DNA from: Planctomycetota bacterium
Lineage (GTDB): Bacteria; Planctomycetota; Planctomycetia; Pirellulales; Pirellulaceae
Length of the DNA: 64,000 bases
Assembly (NCBI GenBank): GCA_031405895.1
Contig: JANOFL010000142.1
Coordinates: forward strand, 202-64,201
Direction: 5' to 3'
Shown here: piece after piece, positions 34,584 to 44,195 of the stretch
Layout: each line of letters begins with the position of its first letter
How positions within the stretch are numbered: the stretch's first letter is position 1
Notes under the pieces: generated by a model
The model's database searches: none
Told to the model about the DNA's origin: nothing
What the model saw: only the letters and a program-made list of their open reading frames with translations
Made by a program: the position numbers and the translations under genes

Positions 34584-37500
34584 ATGCGTGGACCGAGGAG
34601 CAGAACTGCACGTCAAGTCCGCACGAAACCGGGTGCCAGTCGCCGGCCGGCCACGGCAAGCCAGGCCGGCTACTCGGTCCTCGAGGATCGTGTGCTGCTC
34701 GCCGCGGCTGGCAACTGGGAAGTCCGCAGTCCGGGCGGTGGGGGGGCTTTGTTCGCGCCGGCGATCAGTCCGCACAACCCGGCCGAGATGTATGTCCAGT
34801 CGGACATGTCCCAGACTTTCCGGACCCGCGATTCCGGCGCGTCGTGGTCCACGCTCGATTTCGCACAGCTCGGTGGCGGCAACCGCGGCGGGGTGCAGTA
34901 CACCAGCAACGCGAATGTGCTGTACGCGATTGACTTTGCCGCCATCGACTCGCTCGACGCGGCCGTGCCGGTTCGCAGCAGTGACGGCGGCAATACCTGG
35001 GTTCACTTGAACGACCCGACCGGCCAGGAGGCGTTTTACCTTTTCGCCGACTACGGCCAGCCCGATCGCGTGATCGTGACCGACTGGACAAGGCTGTTCC
35101 TTTCGGTCGATGGCGGGAGCACCTGGACGCTCAAGTACACGGCTCCGTCCAGCGACGGCCTGCACGTGGGCGGTGTCTTCTTTGATGGCGCGAACATCCA
35201 TGTCGGGACGAATCACGGGCTGCTGAGGTCAACCAACAGCGGATCGACGTTCCAGATGACCGCGCTGACGGGATTCGCTGCGGGCGAAGACCTCGTGACG
35301 ATGACCGGTGCGCGGGAAGGCAATACTGTGCGCCTCTATGCAGTCGCGCAGAGCACTCAGGTCTGGGGCGGCTATGGCGCGGCGGACTGGTCCGACTACA
35401 GCAACGTCTATCGGCTGGACGTCGGTCAGGCGAGCTGGGTCCCGGTCGGGGCGGGATTGCCGGCCGACGCGAAGCCGTTTTTTGTCGACATGGCCCGCAA
35501 CGATATCGATGTCGTTTACGTCGCCGGAAACGACGAGAACGCGTTGCCGCTGATCTACAAAAGCACCAACAGCGGCCAGACCTGGAGCGACGTCTTCCGC
35601 TGGCAGAACAACGAGAACATCGCCACCGGCTGGCAAGGGCAGGGGGGGCACATTTACTGGTGGTGGGGCGAGGGAGCGCTCGGTTTCGAGGTCAACCCGG
35701 TCAACTCGGCCCAAGCCCTCGTCACCGATTTCGGTTTTGCCCACACCACGGACAACGGCGGGACAACCTGGCGGAACGTCAACGTGGTTCCGGCTGATCT
35801 CAATCCGGTCGGCGGGCTGACTTCGACGACGCGGCCCTATCGCTCCAGCGGCCTGGGCAACACCGCGATCTGGAACCTGACGTGGCTCGACCAGCAGAAC
35901 ATGCTGGCCGGCTTCAGCGACATCGAGATGGCGCTCAGCCACGATGGCGGGCAGGGCTGGTCGTTCGACTATTCGGGCCTGGGACAGAATTCGCTTTACC
36001 GGGCCGTCGTTCACCCGCAAAACGGCCACATCTACGCCGCCACCAGCACGGTCCATGACTTGTACGAATCGACCCGGACGACGGACTCGATCATCGACTC
36101 CGGCTCGGGTCGGGTGATGGTCTCGTCCAACGACGGCCAGTCATGGCAGCTGCTCGAAGACTTCGGCCACGTCGTCCGCTGGGTTGAACTCGACCCGGCC
36201 AATCCGCAGCGGATGTACGTCTCTGTCGTTCACAGCACGGACGGCGGCATCTATGTGACCAACAATCTGAGTGCGGGGAGCGCTGCGACCTGGCAGCGGC
36301 TGACGGCTCCGCCGCGAACCGAAGGCCACCCCTACAACATCCACATCCTCGACGATGGCACGTTGTTGACGACTTGGTCAGCCCGCCAGCCCGGCTCGGG
36401 CGGCGGCAATTTCACGGCCAGCAGCGGGGTCTTCATCAGCACGGATGGCGGCAACAGCTGGCTTGACCGGACCGATCCGCGGATGCGTTACTGGACCCGC
36501 GATCTCACGGTCGATCCACACGACCCGACCCAGAACACCTGGTTCGCCGGCGTCTACAGCGGCTGGGGCGGCCCGGCCAACGACCTCGGTGGGCTTTACC
36601 GGACGACGAATCGCGGGCAGACGTGGGAGCTGTATTACGAAACGCACCGCGTGACATCGGCCACTCTTCATCCCGTGAATCCCGATGAGCTTTACCTGAC
36701 GACCGAAACGGATGGACTGATTTTCAGCGGCAACCGCCGCGCGGCCCAGCCAACGTTCTCGCGCGTGGCGGGGATGGATTTTCGCCAGCCGCTGCAAGTC
36801 CACTTCAATCCGTGGAACGCGAACGAAGTCTGGGTCACGACATTTGGCGGCCAGCTTTGGGTGGGCACGACTCCCGATCCTGTCGCGGGCGGCGATTTCA
36901 CCTTGGCCAACGGCAAACTGACGCTCGATGGTCGCGCGACGGGACAAGTCATCACGGCGACGCGCGAGGGAACGAACTACCGCTTCACGCTGCAGGCGGG
37001 GAACTGGTCCGGCAGTCCCGTTTCCGGAATCGCCGGAGCCGGCACGGGCAGCCTGCTCGTGGCGCGGACGTGGCTCGATGGATTGACGAATGGCTTGTTG
37101 TTGCGCGAAGCGGCCGGCTCGGTTGTCGATCTCGTGTTTGCCGGCACGGCGGACTTTTCGACGATGGCCGGGCCGTTCGCCACGGAGTCGCTCGACGACA
37201 TCACACAGGCAAACGGATCCACCGCGCGCTTCAACCGGGTTCAGCTGGGCGGTTCGGAGATCCGCCTGAAAGAACCAACCAACGTTTTCGGGAGCCTGGC
37301 TGTTCAGGGGACCACGGTCGAATTGACCGCCGGCTCAGCGCTCCTGCTGGAAGGTGCGAGTAGCGCCGGACAGATGACCTTGCGCGCGACGGGCCGGATC
37401 GGGAACCTCATGGGAGCCTCGATCGCGGTCAGCGGCAACCTCCTGGCGGAAACCGGGCAGCGAATTGACTTCGCGCGCGACGCGGGTGACTCGTTCACTG

Positions 37501-38471
37501 TGGGCGGAAGCGCGACGTTGAGCTCCGGCAGCCAGCCGTTGATCGTCGGTGACCTCGGCCTGGCCAGTTTCGGCGTGCTCTGGATCGAGTCGGCCGGCTT
37601 TGTGCGGGTACGCGAAACCGGTGACACGCGGATCGGGCGGCTCGTCAGCAACGGATCGGCACTGGTGACTTCGACAGGCGGAATCGTCGATGGTACGCAA
37701 ACGCGGGTCGATGTCCGCTACCAGCTGGGCTTGACCGCGGGCAACTGGATCATCGTGAGCGATTCGGCAGCCGATTCATGGAGTGTGGGCGGGCTGGCCG
37801 AGTTCCGGGCCGGGTCTTCGGTCAACGTGCTGCCGGCCGGTCAGACCGTTTTGGGTCAGGTCACGTTTGTTGCCGGATCCACTGCGACGCTCAACCTCGA
37901 TGGGCCGCTGTTCCTTGCGGGAACCAGTACCGCGATCAATGCCCGGCTCGTGTCCACGGGAGCGATTGGCGATTTGACCGGAGCCGACTTGCGGGTGACC
38001 GGCGGACTGACGCTAGTTGCCGGTTCGCGGATCGATCTGGCTGACGCTGCCGGCAATGACCTGGTCGTGGGGGGACGACTGGATGTTGCGGCGGGTGAAG
38101 CGGTCCAGTTGCTGGCGGCCGGGCTAGTCCAGTTTGGCCAGCTGCGATTCAGCGCGCCTTGGGTCCTGGTCCAGGCCGACGCGCGGATTCATCTCGCGGG
38201 CAGCTCTACGGCCGGGCTGCTGCGGCTGGAAACGGCGGACGTGATTTCGGACGCGACGGGTGCGTCGGTCGAAGCGACCACGAATGCGATCTTTGTCGCC
38301 CGAGGTGTTTCGCTGGCCGATCAGGCCAGCGACCGGTTGCATTTCTGCCCGCACATCAGACTGGAGGTGACGGAATTCGCGCTGATCCACGCCCCCGGCA
38401 ACGTGACGATTGACAGTTACTGGGTCACGCCGGGAGTCTGGAGTTCGTTTAGCGTGGACTCGCTTTGTTGA
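34584..38471 (+). CDS. Giant secreted BNR/Asp-box (sialidase/xyloglucanase-like propeller) repeat protein with long C-terminal beta-helix-like region
   Basis: About ten Asp-box motifs (SDGGNTW, VDGGSTW, TNSGQTW, TDNGGTTW, SHDGGQGW, SNDGQSW, STDGGNSW, TNRGQTW ...). GAGGA lies 9 nt before ATG 34584. The N-terminus is basic, followed by YSVLEDRVLLAAAG. Confidence 0.85.
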   Translation: MRGPRSRTARQVRTKPGASRRPATASQAGYSVLEDRVLLAAAGNWEVRSPGGGGALFAPAISPHNPAEMYVQSDMSQTFRTRDSGASWSTLDFAQLGGGNRGGVQYTSNANVLYAIDFAAIDSLDAAVPVRSSDGGNTWVHLNDPTGQEAFYLFADYGQPDRVIVTDWTRLFLSVDGGSTWTLKYTAPSSDGLHVGGVFFDGANIHVGTNHGLLRSTNSGSTFQMTALTGFAAGEDLVTMTGAREGNTVRLYAVAQSTQVWGGYGAADWSDYSNVYRLDVGQASWVPVGAGLPADAKPFFVDMARNDIDVVYVAGNDENALPLIYKSTNSGQTWSDVFRWQNNENIATGWQGQGGHIYWWWGEGALGFEVNPVNSAQALVTDFGFAHTTDNGGTTWRNVNVVPADLNPVGGLTSTTRPYRSSGLGNTAIWNLTWLDQQNMLAGFSDIEMALSHDGGQGWSFDYSGLGQNSLYRAVVHPQNGHIYAATSTVHDLYESTRTTDSIIDSGSGRVMVSSNDGQSWQLLEDFGHVVRWVELDPANPQRMYVSVVHSTDGGIYVTNNLSAGSAATWQRLTAPPRTEGHPYNIHILDDGTLLTTWSARQPGSGGGNFTASSGVFISTDGGNSWLDRTDPRMRYWTRDLTVDPHDPTQNTWFAGVYSGWGGPANDLGGLYRTTNRGQTWELYYETHRVTSATLHPVNPDELYLTTETDGLIFSGNRRAAQPTFSRVAGMDFRQPLQVHFNPWNANEVWVTTFGGQLWVGTTPDPVAGGDFTLANGKLTLDGRATGQVITATREGTNYRFTLQAGNWSGSPVSGIAGAGTGSLLVARTWLDGLTNGLLLREAAGSVVDLVFAGTADFSTMAGPFATESLDDITQANGSTARFNRVQLGGSEIRLKEPTNVFGSLAVQGTTVELTAGSALLLEGASSAGQMTLRATGRIGNLMGASIAVSGNLLAETGQRIDFARDAGDSFTVGGSATLSSGSQPLIVGDLGLASFGVLWIESAGFVRVRETGDTRIGRLVSNGSALVTSTGGIVDGTQTRVDVRYQLGLTAGNWIIVSDSAADSWSVGGLAEFRAGSSVNVLPAGQTVLGQVTFVAGSTATLNLDGPLFLAGTSTAINARLVSTGAIGDLTGADLRVTGGLTLVAGSRIDLADAAGNDLVVGGRLDVAAGEAVQLLAAGLVQFGQLRFSAPWVLVQADARIHLAGSSTAGLLRLETADVISDATGASVEATTNAIFVARGVSLADQASDRLHFCPHIRLEVTEFALIHAPGNVTIDSYWVTPGVWSSFSVDSLC

Positions 38472-38526
38472 CAGAGGGCCGACATGGATCGCAGCCAGAG
38501 GCAGACGCCATTGGGACGTTCCGGCA

Positions 38527-38797
38527 GTACCAGCCCGCTGCGCAAGCAAGGTAAAACCAGCCAATGTGGTCCTTGTGATCGCTTTTTGAAGTTGCGCTGT
38601 TTGGGTCAAGACCAGAGACAGACCGCCCAAATCGGCCCTGTTTCGTGTTCTTGCTCAGTCCCGGTCTGGCGGGACAGTGCTCGTGATCGTACTCGAATAA
38701 AGTCGGCCGATTACGAGCACGAGCACCATTTCATTGAGCACGAGCACGATTCAGAGTCGAAAGGCGCAACTTGAAAACTTGCGCAGCGGGCTGGTAT
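38527..38797. repeat. MITE-like element bounded by inverted family E arms, with internal GAGCACGAGCAC repeats
   Basis: Left end gtaccagcccgctgcgcaagcaagg, right end cttgcgcagcgggctggtat. Inner inverted pair tttttgaagttgcgc / gcgcaacttgaaaa. The internal sequence tacgagcacgagcacc...gagcacgagcacgat has its complement gtgctcgtgatcgtactcg nearby. Confidence 0.7.
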
Positions 38798-38833
38798 TGC
38801 ACTGCGGACGAGTACCGGGAATCCCGATGACTG

Positions 38834-39532
38834 TCAGACCAATGGCATTGCCATCCCCAACCACCGCTTGCGGGCCATCGTCAGCGCGGCGCAGACCAGC
38901 GTCAGGGGCAGGCCCAACACTGGCTCGGGAACAAAAGCCGTGAACTGCAGCCGGACGTTGTCGATCGTGGTCGAGCCGCCGACGCCGCTGCTGACCAGGA
39001 ATCGCAGCCGGACATTGTCGCCAAAGCCGACGGTCCCGTTGGTATTGGTTGGCAGGACCGTCCACTGTGCGGAGGCCGACTGAAAGAGCCCTTCGCCGGG
39101 CGCCGGCACAGTCGTGAAGTCGTCAATCAGGATTGTGCCATTGGCGAGGAGGCTGAGCCCAACGGGCGGGAATGCCTCGTCGAGGCGGTTGCCGATGTCA
39201 AACGTCAGCAGGTAAACACCGTACGCAAGTGTGGGGGCGAGGTCCTGGTGAATGATCGTCCCGCCGGCACCCATCACCAGCAGGTTTTCGCCATCGGTCG
39301 TGTTGCCGTCCGGAAACTGGGTCTCCGTTGGGTCGAGCACGCTGCCCGGCCCGAGCCGGCTCCAGCCGACGATGGTCGTGGTCGAATCGCCCGGATTGAG
39401 GGCCGTTTCCTCGAAACTGTGATTGGCGATGAAAATCTCGTCGGCCATGGCTTGCCTTGCGGGCATCAGGGCGAAGAGTGCCTGACTGGCAACGGCCAGA
39501 CAGAGGATTGAAATTTTTGTTGGGCGACGCAT
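38834..39532 (-). CDS. PEP-CTERM-anchored secreted protein (DUF642-like N-terminal domain)
   Basis: Signal peptide, then IANHSFEE...IVGW (DUF642-like). The C-terminus VPEPVLGLPLTLVCAALTMARKR is PEP plus a TM segment plus a basic cluster. Confidence 0.75.
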   Translation of the reverse strand: MRRPTKISILCLAVASQALFALMPARQAMADEIFIANHSFEETALNPGDSTTTIVGWSRLGPGSVLDPTETQFPDGNTTDGENLLVMGAGGTIIHQDLAPTLAYGVYLLTFDIGNRLDEAFPPVGLSLLANGTILIDDFTTVPAPGEGLFQSASAQWTVLPTNTNGTVGFGDNVRLRFLVSSGVGGSTTIDNVRLQFTAFVPEPVLGLPLTLVCAALTMARKRWLGMAMPLV

Positions 39533-39988
39533 GGTCAGGACTCCGGGTCAGGTCGGATGGGCAGGACTGCCATGCTCCCAGGGGCGGCAATTCCGCGGCG
39601 GGTCCGATTTGGTTCCCGCCACCCTTCCACGCGACAGTTCCGGGTCGGGCGCTCCGATATTTCCAACGAAGCCTGGAGATTCCACGCCGGTATCTGCGGG
39701 ACGCCATCATGAAATACTTCCAGCTCCCTCTCCGTGGCAGCTGGAGGAAAACGGCATCCAGCTCAGGCACGATTTAAACCCGATGAATGCCCGGTTGAGA
39801 AAAAGGTCATGTCTTCAACGGGCTGACTGAGGGGAGGATTGGGAAGGGGTTTTTGTGCCCCACGATTTCAAGTAGCCCGCTTCCGCGCTTCTTTGTCTGG
39901 CATCCCGGAATCAGGTACCGGATAAAGCGTTGAAAAAGGTGGTTGAGGCGATTCGGCAGGCTGTGGAATCGAGCCGGTTGAGGTGCTG

Positions 39989-40042
39989 CCTTCCCCCCCT
40001 CCCCAACCCTCCCCGCCGAGGGGAGGGAGCCGGAAGTTCTTC
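39989..40042. repeat. REP family B variant with shortened hairpin
   Basis: ccctccccgccgaggggagggagccggaagttcttc shares the CCCTCCCCG...GGGAGCCGGAA ends of family B. Confidence 0.6.
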
Positions 40043-40248
40043 TGAATGGGACTCCACTGACGGGATTCAGCCGGATTTCTTTTTGTCGGCCTTTTTTTGT
40101 CGCGAACGCCGTCACTCTGGGACGGGGGACGATTCGCCACCGGAAGCGAAACCGGTCGGGTTGGATCCGGTCGCGCCCGGTAAACTGTCGCAGACGAGGG
40201 TGGTCGTCGAGCCGAAGAGCTTCGAGCGGTTCAGCTAACGCGCCTCGT

Positions 40249-42858
40249 CTACACCGTCACGCTCTTTTTCAGCACGGTCCTGCCCCCATTTTCGTCAGTC
40301 ACGATGATCGTCACCTGCCAGGTCCCTGGCCGGTCAAAACGGTGCCGAAGCGTAAAGTGTCCCTGGCGTCCCACCCGCCGTTGGTGAGAACCGGAGCCGT
40401 CCCCATAGTCCACCGAGAGAGTCAGCCGGTCCTTGCCTGGATCGTTGACCCACCCGGAAAGGACCACCCGGCCATTTCGCTGTCGCTTTACGGTCCATTG
40501 CAACTCCGGTGCCACGTTGTCGACCTGGACCTGGAACGTTTTGCTGTTCCCCTGGTCGTTCTGGTCCAGCCAGACAAAGCGGGCCTGGTAAACGCCATCC
40601 TGCTGATAGCGATGGCTGTAACTGAACTGGTCGCGGCCGGGACGCACGGTCTGCCGGCTGCCATCACCCCAATCGATGAACAGGCGAAGACGGTCATCCC
40701 TGTCGGGATCAACCAGACTTCCAGTGGCCGTGACGATGCCGCCTTCATTGATCCTCGTCCTGTCGAGGGTCAGATTTGGAGCCATTGGGGGCGTATTCTG
40801 CAGGGTCAGGACCAGATCGTTGTTTAAAAGGCCGCCCGACTGATTGACGGCCAGCCTCTGGCCACCCGTCGCTGTCAGGAAACCTCCTGCACTTGGGGGA
40901 ATGAAAATGAAACCGGAGATCGGATCGGTGTTGCCGTTGTTGATGACCCGGTAGTTCTGGCCCGGACTGACGTTGCCGCCCATCGTGGCTTCGATCAGCG
41001 CGCCATCAAGCTGGACAGTCCCCAGCACATCAATTTGCTCATGCTGAACGCCGGCAATGGGGCCATTGAGCTGAACCTCCATGATGGCTCCGGCAGCCAT
41101 CGTCAGGTCGCCGGTGATGTTCAGCGTACCAGGCTTGAGACTGGTGCCGCGAAGCAGTTCTGCAATATCGGGCAGGGTCAGCTCAAAATTGACTGGACCG
41201 GGACGCACACGACCGCCCGCATTCACCGTCAGGCTTCTGATCGTCGCGTCGCTGGAAAACTTTCCGCCGGCGTTCACCGTGACATCCACCTGGGAATAGT
41301 TGAAAAGAACATCTTCCCGCCGGAACTGGGCCAGATTCAGGTGTCCGGCATTGACCACATAGTCTTCCATCGGCTTGTCCTGGAGAACGGTGGTGCCCGT
41401 GCCGCCAAAGGTCAACACCGTTCCATTGCTGCTGAGCCTGGAGTTCACCAGGAAGTCGGTGGCTCCCGCCCCGTCGTTGACCTGAACCAGGCCTGAAGTG
41501 GAGGTCAAATTGAGGTTCAGGTCTGCCAGGTGAGCTGCCCGTCCGGTACTGTCCGAAGTCACCACCAGCTGATTGGCCTGCCAGTTCGCGTTGTTGAATG
41601 GATAAAAGCTCTTGACGAAGTCAAAAATCCTGGTGGTGGGAGGAAAAATCGCGGCAATGCCGTCGACAAGTGCGTCAACAAGGTTGATGTGATTGCCCGA
41701 GATCAGTCCACCCTGCATCACCAGTCTGTTGACGGTCTCGTCGAAGCCATCGGTGTCGAGGAAACCGCCGCCGGTGACTGTGACCGTGGCCCCATCGCCA
41801 ATCTGGTTCGGTCCAAGCATCCGCAACCTGCCGGTGTTTCCAATGGTCAGGTTGCCCGGGATCGAATTATCCCCGACATGGCCCAGCAGCAGCCTCCCCT
41901 GGACGTTGGTCAGTCCCTGAAAGGTGTTGCCAGTGTCGCCGCGCAACAGGACCAGCCCGCTGCCGTTGGCAATGGTAATGCCGCCTGCGCCGCTAATCTG
42001 TCCGGTGACGCGCAGTCGTTCGAAGCCGCCGCCATCGTGCTGCAGCGTCGCGGTGCCGTTCGTCACGAGTTTGCCACGCAGCTGGACATCGTTCAGCGCG
42101 CGGACACTGCCACCATTCTCAATGGTTATGGGCTCATCCACCCGGAGTACTGCAAGAGGCAAGTTGTCATTCACCAGGAGCTGCGCTCCGCCGCGAATGA
42201 TCGTCCGGTTGGCGATACCGCCAAAGGAGCCGAGTGCCTGATCCCGCTCGATGAAGAGCCGGCCAGCATGGATGTCCGTGACGCCCGAGTAGCTGTTGTT
42301 GTTTCGCAAGGACAGATCGCCCCCGCCCGTTTTGCTGAACCCATTGCCGCCGGCAATGTTGTCGTTCATGAACAGCGTGGACCCGGCATTGACCTGGATG
42401 GGTCGATTGGCACTGCCTGCCGCACCGAGGTTGACCTTGTTTCGGATGAGATTGGAACTGCCACTGCTGACGATGCCGCCTGAGCCCAACTGGATACGGG
42501 CACCGCGAAGTTCGTAGCCGCCCGCCAGGCTGATGGTGCTGAAAAGAGTGTCCGCCGCGAAGTTGTTGTCGGTTACCTTGTCCGAAACGCCCGCCGGAAA
42601 GACCAGATTGTCCCCGGCCACAGGGGCGATGTTGTTCGCCCAGTTCGTGGCGTTGGTCCAGTTGTTGTTGATCCCACCGCCATCCCAGACTCGCGTGGCC
42701 ATCAACTGCCGAACTTCGAGGGCCTCGTAAGTCAACTTGGGACGGCTTGCTGCTCCGCGGCTCTTTCCCGGTTGGGTCATTCGCTTCAGAAGTTTGCGCA
42801 ACGTGCTGGATTCTCCCTGGGTACCTGCGGATGACCGGCTGACAATGCGGCGTTTCAT
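40249..42858 (-). CDS. Secreted autotransporter-associated beta-strand repeat protein with two C-terminal PKD-like modules
   Basis: Only the part of track ORF 40249..43974 downstream of ATG 42858 (MKRRIVSRSS..., GGGAGA upstream) is credible. It has the N-terminal basic region plus YEALEVRQLMA, then VWDGGGINNNWTNATNWANN. It also has many G..L...N.Y.G.T.I..G.L repeats and the PKD-like modules FIDWGDGS and VDYGDGSG. Confidence 0.8.
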   Translation of the reverse strand: MKRRIVSRSSAGTQGESSTLRKLLKRMTQPGKSRGAASRPKLTYEALEVRQLMATRVWDGGGINNNWTNATNWANNIAPVAGDNLVFPAGVSDKVTDNNFAADTLFSTISLAGGYELRGARIQLGSGGIVSSGSSNLIRNKVNLGAAGSANRPIQVNAGSTLFMNDNIAGGNGFSKTGGGDLSLRNNNSYSGVTDIHAGRLFIERDQALGSFGGIANRTIIRGGAQLLVNDNLPLAVLRVDEPITIENGGSVRALNDVQLRGKLVTNGTATLQHDGGGFERLRVTGQISGAGGITIANGSGLVLLRGDTGNTFQGLTNVQGRLLLGHVGDNSIPGNLTIGNTGRLRMLGPNQIGDGATVTVTGGGFLDTDGFDETVNRLVMQGGLISGNHINLVDALVDGIAAIFPPTTRIFDFVKSFYPFNNANWQANQLVVTSDSTGRAAHLADLNLNLTSTSGLVQVNDGAGATDFLVNSRLSSNGTVLTFGGTGTTVLQDKPMEDYVVNAGHLNLAQFRREDVLFNYSQVDVTVNAGGKFSSDATIRSLTVNAGGRVRPGPVNFELTLPDIAELLRGTSLKPGTLNITGDLTMAAGAIMEVQLNGPIAGVQHEQIDVLGTVQLDGALIEATMGGNVSPGQNYRVINNGNTDPISGFIFIPPSAGGFLTATGGQRLAVNQSGGLLNNDLVLTLQNTPPMAPNLTLDRTRINEGGIVTATGSLVDPDRDDRLRLFIDWGDGSRQTVRPGRDQFSYSHRYQQDGVYQARFVWLDQNDQGNSKTFQVQVDNVAPELQWTVKRQRNGRVVLSGWVNDPGKDRLTLSVDYGDGSGSHQRRVGRQGHFTLRHRFDRPGTWQVTIIVTDENGGRTVLKKSVTV

Positions 42859-43052
42859 GACTGTTCTCCCTATTTCGTGGCGACGGGCGGGATTTTCGGG
42901 GGCGGAGGGCCGTTTCCTGAACAGCCAGAATACTCCGCCATCCCTATCCGCGCCTTGTCCGGGCCGCGCGCTCCGGATTTTTTCGGAATTCCGGAAAATC
43001 GGCCGAAGTAACGCCTTTCCCGGGCAAAAACCGCTAGAAAAAGGGCGCCAGG

Positions 43053-44003
43053 GGCTCTGTAGAAAACTGTATCCCACCAGAGAATCATGATGTTGTGGGT
43101 CAGAACCATGAGCGCCAGTTCGCGGCTGCGGTTCCATTACGTTCTGGCCCTGACCACTGAACCTTGCCGTCTCTTGATCATCGAGATGGTGGTTTCGACC
43201 TGGCAGCGCTGGCGGTAGCGGGTCGGGTTGAATCGGGCTTGCGTCAGCCGCCGGTAGCGACCGGTGGCCGGCTTTTGGGTCGGCCGTCCATGCCGGGGCG
43301 GGATCAGAGTCTGGAGGCCTTTCGCTTCGCGCGCGAAGCGATGGTTGGCTTCCGAATCGTAGCCCGCATCGGCCAGCACGCAACGGATTCTGGCCCACCG
43401 GGAGGCCTGTTCCAGCAAGTGGTTGAAAGTGTCGACATCGGGCCTTGGTCCCTAGCTGGTCTGGAAGGCCAGAATGAAGTGATTGCTCGTGTCGCAAACC
43501 AGCCCCAGTTTGGGGAAGTGGTGGTACGCCATCGTTTTCCACGCTGATTCGGCCTTGGCGCGACGCCGCATGCAGTACCCGGATGCCGTCGTGCATGCGA
43601 GGCCGGTGAAATCGGCCGCCACCGTCCTGATGCCGGGATTGCGTCCCAGCATCTGCTCGACGGTCTCGTCGAGCAGTCGCTTGGGTTGGGGGCCTTGCAG
43701 CAGACGATGGGTCGTTTTCTGGAAGGTAGTGAAGCGGGGAATCGACGTCAGCACAATCGCCTCGGCCAATGCCAGGCAGTCGCGGAGGGTGCGGCACAGC
43801 CCGCGATAATCGGCTCTGAGGAAGTTTTTCAGGACCACGCAGGCAAAGAGCTGCTGCTGGGTAAACTTCTTGGGGCTGTCCCGATGCGAGAATGCTGCCA
43901 TGCAGTTGAATGCAGTCAACCACGCTTCGACAATCACATCCCGCGGCGATTTGCTGGTCTGGCTCACGCCGCAACCTGCGACCGCAGATCGTAGACGGTT
44001 CAA
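43053..44003 (-). pseudogene. IS5-family DDE transposase interrupted by two in-frame stop codons
   Basis: Track ORFs 43452..44003 (FTQQQLFACVVLKNFLRADYRGL...), 43137..43418 (ADAGYDSEANH...YRQRCQVETTISMIKRRQG) and 42870..43109 (MVLTHNIMIL...) are all in one frame. They are separated only by TAG 43452-43454 and TAA 43137-43139. Confidence 0.8.
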
Positions 44004-44031
44004 CCTCTTTCGTTCAGTTTTCTACAGAGCC
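43053..44031 (-). mobile_element. IS5-family insertion sequence (979 bp) with 17-bp perfect terminal inverted repeats
   Basis: ggctctgtagaaaactg at 43053-43069 is the exact reverse complement of cagttttctacagagcc at 44015-44031. The element encloses a DDE transposase reading frame. Confidence 0.85.
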
Positions 44032-44195
44032 GGAAGGACCCCCAACAAGCCAAGGAACGACCGTTCGAGAAAGTGAGCGGCCACGCAGGGATAAACTCCG
44101 TGAAACGCAAGAGGTTACAATCATGCTGGCAATTCGCTTGTGGGAGTTGCGCGAACCAATGCCTTTCGCCATCTTCAGAATTACCGGGTGAAACC

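Noticed and set aside
33852-35216. 454-aa minus-strand ORF
   Set aside because: It is antisense to the well-supported BNR-repeat gene and to repeat-filled intergenic DNA. Its Arg/Ala/Gly/Pro-rich composition is typical of spurious antisense ORFs in high-GC DNA.
40249-43974. 1241-aa ORF in the supplied track taken as one giant gene
   Set aside because: Its first ~370 codons run through the IS5-family element (43053-44031) in a frame different from the transposase and are low-complexity Arg/Pro/Gly-rich. The credible gene starts at ATG 42858, with its own ribosome-binding site and the typical N-terminal motif.
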